Part shown: one piece after another, positions 1 through 12,224 of the stretch
Numbering within the stretch: position 1 is the first letter of the stretch
Layout: each line of letters starts with the position of its first letter
NCBI GenBank assembly: GCA_000320545.1
Contig: ADNK01002090.1
Span: 1 to 50,648, forward strand
Direction: 5' to 3'
DNA: 50,648 nucleotides
Origin: Bigelowiella natans CCMP2755
Lineage: Eukaryota > Protista > Cercozoa
Notes under the pieces: generated by a model
The model's database searches: none
What the model was told of the DNA's origin: nothing
The model's input: only the letters and a program-made list of their open reading frames with translations
Program-made: the position numbers and the translations under genes

Positions 1-242
1 AGAGAGAGAGGGCAATACATCGCTGTACGAACGCGTGTTTTTCGCTCGCGTGTGTTTGATATATATCTCCACCCCCCCGCGCCACGGGATATAAAAACAC
101 ACTCTCACATACATATGCCCCCCCCCCACCCAGTCAGGCATTGTGTGTGTCGAGAAGCGAATGTGGGGGGGGAGAAACATTGTCTTTTAGCCATATTTGG
201 GGGTATTGAATACATGAAGTCAGTATTTAATATATGTATTTA

Positions 243-267
243 TACACACACACACACACACACACAC

Positions 268-325
<58 letters not shown>
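243..325. repeat. Compound quasi-palindromic microsatellite (CA)n-(TA)n-(TG)n
   Basis: Read directly from the sequence; the same architecture occurs at ~6311-6397 and, more loosely, at ~39230-39360. Confidence 0.95.
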
Positions 326-426
326 CAATATATCACGTGTTCTTTTTTGCGCAAAGACACAAATATCATAGTCCCCTCGATTGCAAAATGACAACCAATC
401 CCCCCCCCCACATTCTAGCATGATTC

Positions 427-749
427 TCACACCTCGTAAGTCCGGCCAAGGGAGGGGAACACGTATCTGAGAGCATGTAGCCATATCCCCTGTCGCACCT
501 ACGATGAAGATATTTACCACAACCCACGCCAGCTAAAAACCAAGCATTCGTACAGCAATGTATTGCCTTCTTTCCTTCTTCAGCATTAATGTACAGTTCA
601 TCATGCCGTTTTTAGTTATCGTTGCTCCTTTAATTTTCTCCCGGATTTGTGAAGGAAAAGCTGCTGCAGACCGACCTCTGGCTTCTCTTCCTCCTCCATG
701 CGGCCTATACGTGCGTGCGTGTGTGTGTGTGCATGTGCATGTGCATGTG

Positions 750-786
<37 letters not shown>

Positions 787-1413
787 CTTACGTGATATCC
801 ATCATCATCGCATCATCATCATCATCGTTATCATTATCATCATAAAAGTGTAAGGATATAAAACGCATAGGAAATGGCTACTAATCAAGAGAAATACGAT
901 GTATGTGTGCCATATCTCATAGCAGCGGCGAAGGATAGCCTCCCTAGCCCGCTCTCTCATTGATGTTGTTGTTATATTGATCTGAATCAAAACACCAGCT
1001 ACTACCTTGGAACACGTCGGATACCCAAAGACACCTGAAATAATACACACACAAACATGTTGATCTTGACTCCTCGCAACTACAATCGCCTCCAGCATCA
1101 CATCCTCGACGACCCTATCACCATCACGTCACATTCGGTATGGCTAGTGCACCCTTCTTCTTCTTCTTCTTCTTCTTCTTCTTTGTTGTTGTTGTTGTTA
1201 TATCATCTATCCTTTGACCTGGGGCAGGATTCAGACAAACACGGAGCAAAACTCTTGCGCAGGTATGCGACCTGTGGGGAAAGGAAGGGAGAGAGGGGGG
1301 GCGGACGGGGGACAATGAGAAAAGGAAAAACTGCTTGTGTTTAAGCAGTATTTCTCTTCGTTTGCTACTACATCTTCCGACGGAAATGCCACGCTTCTCG
1401 ACACGAATTCCTG

Positions 1414-1457
<44 letters not shown>

Positions 1458-2093
1458 TGTAGATAAGAGCGTGTGTGTGTTAGTGCGCGCGCGCGAAAAG
1501 AGGCAACTGGGCAGAAGATGTTAATAATCATGGAGAGTATCTGACCGATTTGCCGCCATAAGCAATGTCGTTTGCAATCGGATGGCCTATATGCTGCATA
1601 CCATACACAAGTACCACAAATCAAAGGAGGAAAATCTACAACAGTTCCCCCACCTCTCTCATATCTACCCCTCCCCCCCCCTCCCGTTTCTAGTGGTGAA
1701 GTGGGATAAGATACCAACAAATAAAAAAGCAAACTCGAGCGACTCTCACCAACGGGTTATGCGGAGGAGAATTGCGAGACATCTCAAGCTCAACCAACAC
1801 CATTGACACGCAATACAGTTCTCGAAACAATTCCCCGTGGGGGCGGCCCCGCAAGCTCTTCATACCGACATCTTAGTTTCTATAGCCTTTGCTTGTTGTT
1901 GTTACCATCAAATGCGCTCGGATTTGGTGCTGTCTTCCTGTTCTCGGAGAGCACTCGACCTGCGATTTAGGCATTATTTCCACCAGAGAACTACTACTGA
2001 GCATTTCATTCGGCGCTTACAACAAGCAGCAACATGCATTAATGATTTTCACGCTCAAGGAGGAAGAAAGGACGTGCTCGTATAATCTAACAA

Positions 2094-2138
<45 letters not shown>

Positions 2139-2201
2139 GTTAGCAATACTTTACCAGCGATGTATTGTCCTCCTTGATGTATCTAACGGTAATTAAAAAA
2201 T

Positions 2202-2234
<33 letters not shown>

Positions 2235-2276
2235 CTCTAGTTGAAAAGGCTGCTGCTATTCCTCGATTCAAAACAC

Positions 2277-2324
<48 letters not shown>

Positions 2325-2815
2325 TACTATGTGTATAACACGCAACCCAAACGATACGTGTCATATATGCGACTATCTACATCAATGTGTGCTATTTTGC
2401 TGGTGCTTTCAACTTCTACTATTTGCACATGAAGAGGGAGAAAAGATCCAAACGAAGAACTAGGGAAGAGGAGGAGGGAATGAAGAATTAATGGTAAAGA
2501 CAAGAAGGAGAACGGGGAGGGAAAGGAGAATATAGCATGTTCATCTTACACCTGATAAGCCGGAAAGAAGTTGACGATGCTCTCCCACTACCATCGTAAT
2601 CAAGAAGAAGAAGAAGTAGAAGAAGAAGAAGAAGAGTGCAAATCTGATTAAAGAGCGTAGGGGGTAATAGGACTAATAGTCACGATATCTATGCTATGCT
2701 ATCTCCCCAATATTGAGTCTTCATCATCCTCCTCCCCCCCCCCTTCCTCCTTCCCCATCATCATCATCTACAACAATTGTTGCGATTATTGCTGCGGTCA
2801 TCGCAGGTGTATAGC

Positions 2816-2873
<58 letters not shown>

Positions 2874-3467
2874 TATATCTGCACAGTCCCTTCTACCTGG
2901 CATTTATATATGCAGCATATCGTCTCTTATCGAAGCTGAGGGGTGAGTCAACGACGATTTCATTGCTGCCGTCACTATTATGCTTCCCCTCAGGAAACCT
3001 TCCTAATACGCTAGTTTTGGGGTGTGCAGGAGCACGACAAGAGGAAGAAGAATAGCAAGAGAGACCATAGAGGAGGGGGAGGAGGAGGAGGAGGAAGAGG
3101 AGGAGGAGGAAGATTAGGAAGAGAATATTTGCTAAATCGATTGATCATTGTTTCTATACCCCACAAAGTATATCAGAAAGACTATAGATGTATTTAAGCA
3201 CCATCAAATCTCTGTGCGTGCGTGTGTATGTGGTTTGGGGAGAGGGGGGGGGGGGGGGGGGGGGGGGGATACCGTGCAATATAAGTCTTCTGTGCAGTTC
3301 TACCCACTATTTCCTAGAGGGAAAACGTGGATACTTCAATTGCCATCGTTATTTGCTTTCAGGGGGGGTGCGTGAGGGTGAGTGTGTGTGGGAACGGTAG
3401 GAATATATAGAGTAGTGGCTAGTTGTTGTCCTATCTTACCTCGTTTCTTCTACTTCTTTAATGCGGT

Positions 3468-3499
<32 letters not shown>

Positions 3500-3716
3500 A
3501 AACATCAATCATGCAGCACAGTACAGTACCGCCTGTGCCTTCTTCAACGCCATCTTGCTCTTGGCGAGCACTAGTACACCTGACTGATAAAGGGACGAAT
3601 AAGGGGAGGAGGAGGAGGAGGAGGGAGGGGGGGGGGAGGGACAGCAAAGGAGTTTGTTCACTGAAAAAGTGCTTAAGATTTTAGAAAGACATAGCAGTAA
3701 GAACAACTAGAATATA

Positions 3717-3756
<40 letters not shown>

Positions 3757-4834
3757 CTGTGCATATAATAGTGCGTGTTTGCGTGAGTGTGCGTAGATGC
3801 TGATATAAATTCCGTCGCGGAGTGGTTGTTGGTCGTTGTTATGATTGTCATGGAAATTGCTACTGCCCCTATTATCATTATCATTTGCGAGTGTGGTGTT
3901 GAAGATAGTACCACTGGGGCATCTAATCTGTGTGCGTAGAAGAGTCTCTTCCCCGCCATTCTCTCCGCCATAAACATCACACTGTTCGCCGTAAGAAGAA
4001 AAAGAAGAAGAAGAAGAAGAAGAAGAAGAAGAAGAAGAAGAGGCGATAAGAAAAACGAATGACTTCAAGGAGGGATTCTAGAATTGTTTCAGTATGTCGC
4101 AGAGATTGTACACACACGCGCACACCACCTTCATTGACAAAACCATGTGATGCGGAAAAACAAAGAATCGATGGTATTGTTCTTCCTTCTCTTCTCTTTC
4201 CTCCCCTGAGAGTACCTGTTGCGGCCATTAACTTCATTCACAATTGGAACTCCGGCTGGTTTATCGACCACCTGTGTGCAATGATGAGGGATGATGATGA
4301 TGATGATGATGCAAAACGACAAGAATGATGATGATGATGATGTTGCTGCTGATGACGATGATGGTGATGGTAATGATGATGATGAAGATTGTAGAGATAA
4401 ACCTAAACAAATCGTTGTATGATTGTCATGTCTTAGCTATGAGCTACTGGTACGGGTAGATGCACTCAACCCCCCACTAGTATACTACCCATCAAATACT
4501 CGCCAAACTGAATAAAAACACACGTGCGCACACGTGCCAAACATCCGCTGCAAATTATTGCCATACCAAGAAATCGGAGTCGTTTGTCGGGGATATCACC
4601 GTGGGAACTCCTTGAGAAAAAATATTCACTTGGTACTTGCTTCCTACTCACGTCTGCGCAACAAACGGCAGCGATCGATTGATCTTCTTCTCTCTACCTG
4701 CTGCTATACATTTCTCGTGAATGTGGTGTCGGACCTTTTGGTGGGAGATGTAACTTTCAGATGACGATATTTGTGTTTTGACGTAGACGTGCTTAGTATA
4801 CGCTTTTGAAGGATGTGTGTGCACGCGCGCGCGC

Positions 4835-4871
<37 letters not shown>

Positions 4872-5245
4872 TGTTTGCATCCTTGTGATTATTGCATTTT
4901 TTTTACTAGCATCAGATGATGTATAGAATCTCTTGCGTCTTCGTGCTATTCGTAACTTGCCTCCTCTCCAAATGATCAGCTTCACAACAAAACAGGGGGA
5001 AACATGGGTGGATATTTTGCCCTGCAACACGGTCGTTTGCAGGGCAGAGGTTTACACAGGATATCGTGCCCACATATTGTTTTGAAACTTATGCTCAATG
5101 CGTATTATGTTTTTAATACTATTACAACTGCTGCTGCTGCAGCTGCCTACCCGTAGCGTGTCGCCCCTTTGAATGGTATATGTGTCATCTGATTGTACGC
5201 TGAAGTTCCAAGGATCCTCCCTCTGGCAAATGCATTCGATCTCAG

Positions 5246-5325
<80 letters not shown>

Positions 5326-5791
5326 TGTGTATGAATCGTGTTTGGTTTTCTTCAGCGCGTACTTCACTGTTGGTACTTTCTCCCCCACACGCATACTTTT
5401 GCTGCTACTATACTGCTACTGTATAGGGTTTATTCATATTTATATACGTGTATCTTGCGACATTGAGAAAAAGTAATATTTAGCGTCCAAGAACTTGGTG
5501 TGAGTTATCATCATCATTATCAGCAGCAGCAGCGGTATCATCGTTATCGACTTTGCTGCTTTCCACCGTGATATCTCTCACCAACGATATTTGTGTTGTT
5601 CTTTGTAGTAAATCTTTCAGGTTTGTAGGTGCTTTACTTCTTCCCACACACTACTACTTACTAATGCTATTGATAAGAACAAGAATGATAATAGTAATTC
5701 TTAAAACTGAAATTACTCAAAAGCATTAATATACTACATTTTTCTTAGCATGCCGTATTTCCACGTCACCAGTTCTGACCTTCTCCTTCCT

Positions 5792-5831
<40 letters not shown>

Positions 5832-5894
5832 AAGAGAGAGACTCATCATATAGCAGAACAAGCTCCGACCGATGTATACGTTTGCTTGTTAATG

Positions 5895-5932
<38 letters not shown>

Positions 5933-6092
5933 GCACACACACACACGCAAATACGCATTTATACCAAAAGGTATCTTGCAGCTCTGGGTGGTTATTGGTG
6001 AACATCGTGCAAAGCGCGTGGTGGATAAGAAGTCCTAATGATGATTAGGAAGGTGTTGTATATATAGAACTATTTAATACATACACACACAC

Positions 6093-6134
<42 letters not shown>

Positions 6135-6307
6135 TATACATATTATATATATTATGTTTTTATATGTTTCCATTGCACTTACAAAAATTTTCATGTTTAT
6201 GTATGTAGCGTGTTTGTGCGTGTTTTCTTATCTAAGAATAACATTAGCTACAAGCAACCTTCAACACATTGCTTTGCTCGATGTTCCTGGTCAGTACAAT
6301 AAAGATT

Positions 6308-6398
<91 letters not shown>

Positions 6399-6954
6399 AT
6401 TAATATTTTAATCATACATATGTATGCAAAAGGGGGGAGGGGCTGTTGTGTGGTTAATACGAAAAGGGCGCGCTCTCCTCGAAAGGAACATTAGACAGGT
6501 AAAGAGCTGCATCAGCAGCGGCAGCAGGTGCAATTATTCTCACATCAGTCCTGTAGTAGGGTAGCGCGTATCTGATTGTGTGTTGGAGGAGGAGGTGGTT
6601 GGTAAGTAAGGGGTGGGGGTTAATGAGGATAATGAGCGCATGGCTGCAGGTAAGTAAGTAGTGAGAGTTAAGATGAATAGTTAGCACGTGGCTGGTAGTA
6701 GTAACAGGCTGCGAGCACTTGGCGGAGGAATTTTAGACTTCTCGCCCTTTCTTTCCCTCGCCCTCGCTCCCCCTCTCTCTCTTTCTCTCTCTGTTGCTCT
6801 CGTTTTACCTGACACCCCTAGAGACTACCCACAGCTGCTGATTTGATTCGGTTTCGTCGATGGTGTTTCTGCTACTACTACTGCTACTATCAACATCTGC
6901 CCTATCACTTCGGCCTTGTAGTGTGCTGGTGGCATTAAGACGACCAACGCAGAG

Positions 6955-7013
<59 letters not shown>

Positions 7014-7578
7014 GAGAAAAGAAGAGGGAGAAAGAGACGTACAAACACACCCGTGAGAGAAAAGAGGAGGGAGATAGGTATGAATAATTTTTATCATTAG
7101 CACTGAGGTACTGCTACCACTTTCCCCTTTGCAGCGCATAATCCGATCGACCAATACGACGACTTTGCCGCTTTAACCCCATCATCATCCATGTCCTTAT
7201 TTTGCCTCTTGCTCGATAACTAGCAGCCGCAGCAGCAGGACCAGCATTTTCGGAGAGGAGCTGTCTGCCAACGTTTGTTGTTGTTGGCGTGGAAATGGTG
7301 GTGACACCCCGCAGAGTGCTAAGCAGGAGCTACGTCGAAGAGATAATGGGAAATGATTTACTTTGTTTGATAAATGCAGTATTATCACTTACAGCCTTCA
7401 CCACTCTCCAAAGGCCCATTTCCTTCCCTCCCCCCCCCCCCCTCCCTCCCTTACTCGTGTGTTACTCGCATAGATCTCGCATATATTTCTCGTTTTCCCC
7501 TCCATGTTCTTCATCTCATTTGCACATATATATATATACCACTCCTGCAAACAGTGGCAGCCTGCAGGCAGCAGCCAT
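427..7578 (-). CDS. RluA-family (RPUSD2/Pus9-like) RNA pseudouridine synthase, many small exons; both ends approximate
   Basis: Colinear minus-strand exons with GT-AG borders carry the RluA motifs: VVDKPAG (~4216-4272), catalytic HRLD in KRLFYAHRLDAPV (~3910-3979), SGVLVLAK (~3530-3583), VECSPRTGRQHQIRAHL (~1906-1959), GHPIANDIAYGG (~1546-1586), IWLHALRY (~433-498). The ATG at 7578 is a plausible start. Exons between 4300 and 7200 are only partly resolved. Confidence 0.88.
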
Positions 7579-7806
7579 CGGAACTCCACCCCGTCGGACC
7601 GACGTGCCACTGGAGCGGCTGGAATTAAGATTCAAATCACATAAAAAGAAATAAACGTGACAAAAAACTACCAATAAAATATCCTAGATTTCTCTAAAAA
7701 ATATTGTCGTAAGAACAAGCTCAGCACTCGCTGTTCCATCCCAAAAGTAATTGAATATCTTGTGTATTATAAGTTCTTTATAATTTTTATCATGTGTAAA
7801 TCATTT

Positions 7807-7889
7807 CTCTCTATAGCTCAGTTGGTAGAGCGGGAGACTGTAGAGTTGTGGTATTCTCTAGGTCGCTGGTTCGAATCCGGCTGGGGAGA
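7807..7889 (+). tRNA. tRNA-Tyr(GTA) with a 10-nt intron (7844-7853)
   Basis: Acceptor stem CTCTCTA/TGGGGAG, D-arm GCTC-AGTTGGTA-GAGC, anticodon stem GGAGA/TCTCT, anticodon GTA at 7840-7842, T-arm GCTGG-TTCGAAT-CCGGC, discriminator A. The intron sits at the canonical 37/38 position. Confidence 0.97.
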
Positions 7890-7890
7890 C

Positions 7891-7897
7891 TTTTTTT
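7891..7897 (+). terminator. RNA polymerase III oligo-T terminator
   Basis: T7 run starting 2 nt after the tRNA discriminator. Confidence 0.85.
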
Positions 7898-8284
7898 ACG
7901 TTCTTTTCACTTTCCTGTCGCAGGAGCAAAACAAGCTTCCGAATCCAAAAAATACCGCTTTTTAACCCTACATGTACTCGTACGTAGAAGCAAAACAATT
8001 TTCGCAAAACCAGTGATCCTAGATCTAGTACAGGCCTGTAGGAAATCGGTCCGTTTCTTCACGTGATTTCTAGGATTTCCCGGTTTTGCGCACAACAGAC
8101 AAATTACATGCACAAAGCCCTGCATTTCGAACGATTTCGTTGCGATGATTTTCGGCCGCGTCATGTCGCAAATGTTCAAATCATGACAGATGATGGATTT
8201 CCTGCCTGAATTGTGGAATTTCAGGCCAAGGAAAAAGTGTGGATTGCACCCTACTTCTGCCCCCCTACGTATGCGGTGCTCCTG

Positions 8285-10417
8285 ATGACCTGCGACTTTC
8301 GTGTCCAGTGTGGCCGGTGCGGTTCTCCGGATGAGCGTTCTTCCTGCCAAGTAATCTGGAGCGTATTCACTTGCCTGTATGGTCTCGCAGCATTCGGCAT
8401 CGTGATCCAAAATTTTTGCTCATCGGGGGAGAGGTCAGTACACAGCCGTAGGACTTGCTCTCAGCCACGATATATGAGGATTGGCAATGACTTTAATTTT
8501 AAACAGGCCATCATTATTGCAGAGGGTGCTGATGCTCTGGGCCTGCGCGTGTTCGCTGAGAGTGTTGGTATTAGCGAATCTAACGAAGCTGCGTCGTTGT
8601 ATGAGTAAACCATCTCAACATCAGGGAGGAGTCATCTTAGCCGCTCATCTGGACAAACGGATTGATCCCATCATACTAGAGATTCTATGGCATTCGGTAC
8701 TGCAGCTCATGCTACTAATATCACTAATAATAATAAATAATAACAATAATAATGGTACTAATACATTTACTACTACTACTCTAATATAGGAATTTAATTC
8801 TTGAAATAAACAGTCTCATGCATCTTATGTTCTTTGGTTTACCATGTGCCATGTACTATTCCTTTCAGGTATGGCTCTGTGGGTGCTATGCGCTGACATA
8901 CTTCGTCGCTGTAGGAATCTTAAGAACACACACACACACACACACGCACGCGCCCGCGCGCGGCTGTGTGATATATGTACACATATGATTTTTATGAAAA
9001 TTTTAATTTGCATCTTCATTTGTAGGCTCTTTTGAATGTATTGGCCAACATGAAGAAGCTTAAAATCAGTGGAATACCGGTTCGAGAGTTAATAACGAGA
9101 ACGTGAATGATGAGAATTGTAGCTGCCCTTCTCGGCTGGTATTAAAATCTCTAATCTACTTCCTTGCTTACTAGGTGCAAAAAATTGCGACGATTTCGAA
9201 CATTTTCTGGGGTTTGGTGTTTCTCGTCTTTTCTATCGTCAATGGGTTAAGCTCATCTTGGCCGAGTCCCGAGATCCAGTGGTTCGCCTGGACTGCCTGC
9301 GCCTTGTAAGAAGCTGAGGAAGGGGGTGGAGGGGGGGGGATGTTATGCTGCGCCAAGTACACAATGTGAAATACAGCGTTGAGCTTGGTTTGGAGAATAC
9401 TGTGCATAGATGATTTTTACTGTGCTGGTAGTCTTGAATTAGCATGCAGGATGTGTTTCATATTTTTATTGTCTATAAATTTCATGAGCACCGTCCGTTG
9501 CATATCATGCACCCACTCAATACACATTCACTTGCACATCAAAAATTGAAAATAGTGGGAATAACATCCCATGCTTTCAAGTCGTGCTGACAATAATTGG
9601 ATCATATTGTAGGTATCTCTGCGCTGGAGCTTGGTATTCACTACGGAAGTTTCAAACTATGTACGTTTGCACCCTGATATATTCAATGATTTGCCAATGT
9701 TTTTAGCTTTGGAAGCGAAGGGATTAGCGGGAAGGGGTGCAAGATGAACGACTAGTGGAATATAATATCATCGTTTTCCCGCATTTGTCTCTAATTCTAT
9801 ATTTGTGATACGTTGCTGCTACTGCTGCTGCTGCTGCATTGAATCTAAATAGACAAAATAAAGCCAAGAGTAGGCGTGCTAGAAGGATGAGTCTTGAAAG
9901 TAGGACGACCAAACTGAGCAAGCTTTTGCCCATCCTCAATATCTTCACAAATGCTGTAATCATTGGCTTGGTTTTGTATACCGCGTTCCTTCCCGTAATC
10001 GGTATTCTCAGACTTCTCAACAAGACCTCACTGCTCGTAGAGACGATTCTAACTGTGATGGCCCAGAGTGGCATGTTGTGCATGGGATTCGGGATGCAGT
10101 ATGGAGTATATTCAATGAAATCTTACGAAATGACCAGCGATACCAATTCGGACAGTTCTGGCAGGGCGAAATCGTCAAATAAATCATGGCAGCGTGACGT
10201 CAAGGTCACCAAATCTCGGTTACCAAATAACAGGTGCAACAGCAATATATCACTTCAGAGTGTACATAAAGAAACGACCGAGAGGCCCACCTTGGATCAT
10301 CATGACAGAGACCCGAACAACGAGTCCTGCGATTCAGCCAGAGCTGCAAACATCTTAGCCACATCTAGTGATGATGTCAACGCATCCAACCACAGAAATT
10401 TGATCCAAAATATATGA
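8285..10417 (+). CDS. Seven-transmembrane (GPCR-like) protein, about 9 exons
   Basis: Phase-compatible GT-AG exons join as MTCDFRVQC..VIWSVFTCLYGLAAFGIVIQNF..|PSLLQRVLMLWACACSLRVL|GGVILAA..EILWHS|VWLCGCYALTYFVA|ALLNVLANMKK..|VQKIATISNIFWGLVFLVFSIV..WFAWTACAL|YLCAGAWYSLRKFQTI|FGSEGISGKG|QNKAK..(ORF ending 10417). This gives seven hydrophobic segments, a basic loop between TM5 and TM6, and a Ser-rich tail. Confidence 0.72.
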
Positions 10418-10499
10418 AATTGATGTTAAATGCCTAAGAATCGCAATTTTGAAATGTGAAATCAAATTCATTAATTATGCGCGATGTTGATGCGTATAT

Positions 10500-11460
10500 G
10501 AGTCTCACAGCGTCCATCGCATCGCATATCGCAATTCGATATGCAATGCGATGCGTGCGCGCAGCCATCTATCTGTGATGTTGTGATAGTGCTACAGCTG
10601 CTACGCTAGGCAGAGCGTCAATTTGCAGAGCGTGCACTCACAATATGTATGCATGAGACACATACATGTGATAATGACAACAAATTAAGATATTCCATTT
10701 ATCATCCTAACGTACACATACATAGCTATGCAAAGAAATGACAAATGAGCAGCGCATGTAGATGCATGCACATCGCAACGTACACAGTTGCATGCATGCA
10801 CATCGTGGTCTCCCTACATGCATCGTGTGTGCAGCCACACCTCATCAACGTAAGCTGCTAGTGCTGTAGCCGCTGCTTTGCATACGACATCAGGGTGACC
10901 ATTGAAAAGATACCTAGGATGCGTCTCACCTGACACAGCTGTCACGTGCCTGCTACACTACACCAAGCCTAATTGCATTCTCTAGCATATAGTCCTAGCT
11001 GCCATTCGTAACCCACACACAGCTAGCTAGGCCTCAGCAGGCGATCGCTCTTAGCTAGCTAGCTAGCTCGCGAGCAGCTCATCATGCACGTGCCATGCAG
11101 CCACACGCATGTCGCGCGCTAACACGTAGCAAACTTCTGAGTGCGATGCATTGCGGTGAGACGAGGAAAGCCGTAGAAAAATCAAACTGCGCATGCGCGG
11201 CACATTGCGCGGACTGCTACAGCGGTTTTATCAAAGTGTACGTCGTGCTCACACAGCCACGGCACATACATACAACAGCACATCTAGACATTGACATGCA
11301 GCACGCTAGTACAGCTGCGTAGTAGTGCACGCTTGCCTACGTACAGCCCTTGCATTTATGATGGCACTACTAGACTAGTTGGAACTGCGCTTTGTCATAT
11401 GCTCACATACGCAAGCGCTGCGTCAACGATGTCCACCTTGCACAAATGTTGTATGTGTGC
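10500..11460. repeat. Intergenic TGCA/CACA/GCTAGC-rich island, partially TpA-depleted; probable degenerate repeat
   Basis: Dense TGCA/GCAC words and GCTAGCTAGCTAGC at ~11054-11067. The word CATCTAGACA at 11281 recurs at 29561. Confidence 0.5.
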
Positions 11461-11484
11461 ACATACACACACACATGTAGTTAC

Positions 11485-11528
<44 letters not shown>

Positions 11529-12224
11529 TATATGTATAATATTGTGTGCGTGTGTGTGTATGCTATGCGAAATCTATTGTTGCACATTACAGCTCCGTGA
11601 TAGTCGAAATTTCCTCGGGTGATACATGCACATGTTTATCCGACGACATAGACCTCCGCACTTGCTATTGTATAAGCAAGAGATAACTAGACGCTATACG
11701 AATGGGAAACAATCAGTTCCTTCCATAATGGAGCTGGCTTTGACTCCGGTATCTTTTACATACACGTTGTTCTGCTGCTTTTGAGATGGAAATGAAAGAG
11801 AATAATCCCATGGATATGATATAACGGGGGTCGAGAGCTACTCGCGTTAAATTGAAGGAAAAAATACGGTACGCCTTATGACCCTTCACGTATGATACCT
11901 CTGTCGTCGTACGTCTGCTTAGAGTCGCAGGCCGGCAGGAAACAACAATAAGTGAGCATTGTACATTTAAGAAAAGTCATCGAGGGGGGCAACTAAATAG
12001 ATTAGCGGCGGGGAGAGGGAGGGAAGGTCAGCACAGCAGGGTTGCATCCCTGCACGCTGCCAACACATCGTCCCAGCCAACTGTGTACTTGTAGTAAACT
12101 GCCCAACACATAAATCTGCCCAGAGACGTTGACAAGGGAAAGAATGGGGGTGGATAGAAGAGGTAGCAAGATGAAAGTGGTTCTCCAAGAATAATGACAG
12201 ACGCATGGCAGCAGGAGCCCTTGA

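Noticed and set aside
127-145. TMPDWV on the minus strand as the last exon of the pseudouridine synthase
   Set aside because: It resembles the family's terminal PxW motif, but I find no in-phase AG acceptor; left unresolved.
7578-7889. Functional link between tRNA-Tyr and the adjacent pseudouridine synthase
   Set aside because: Intron-dependent Psi35 in tRNA-Tyr is made by Pus7/TruD-family enzymes, not RluA-family ones. The adjacency is likely chance.
11130-11230. Hammerhead ribozyme or structured ncRNA
   Set aside because: The CUGANGA core is absent, and the palindromic words are explained by the local composition.
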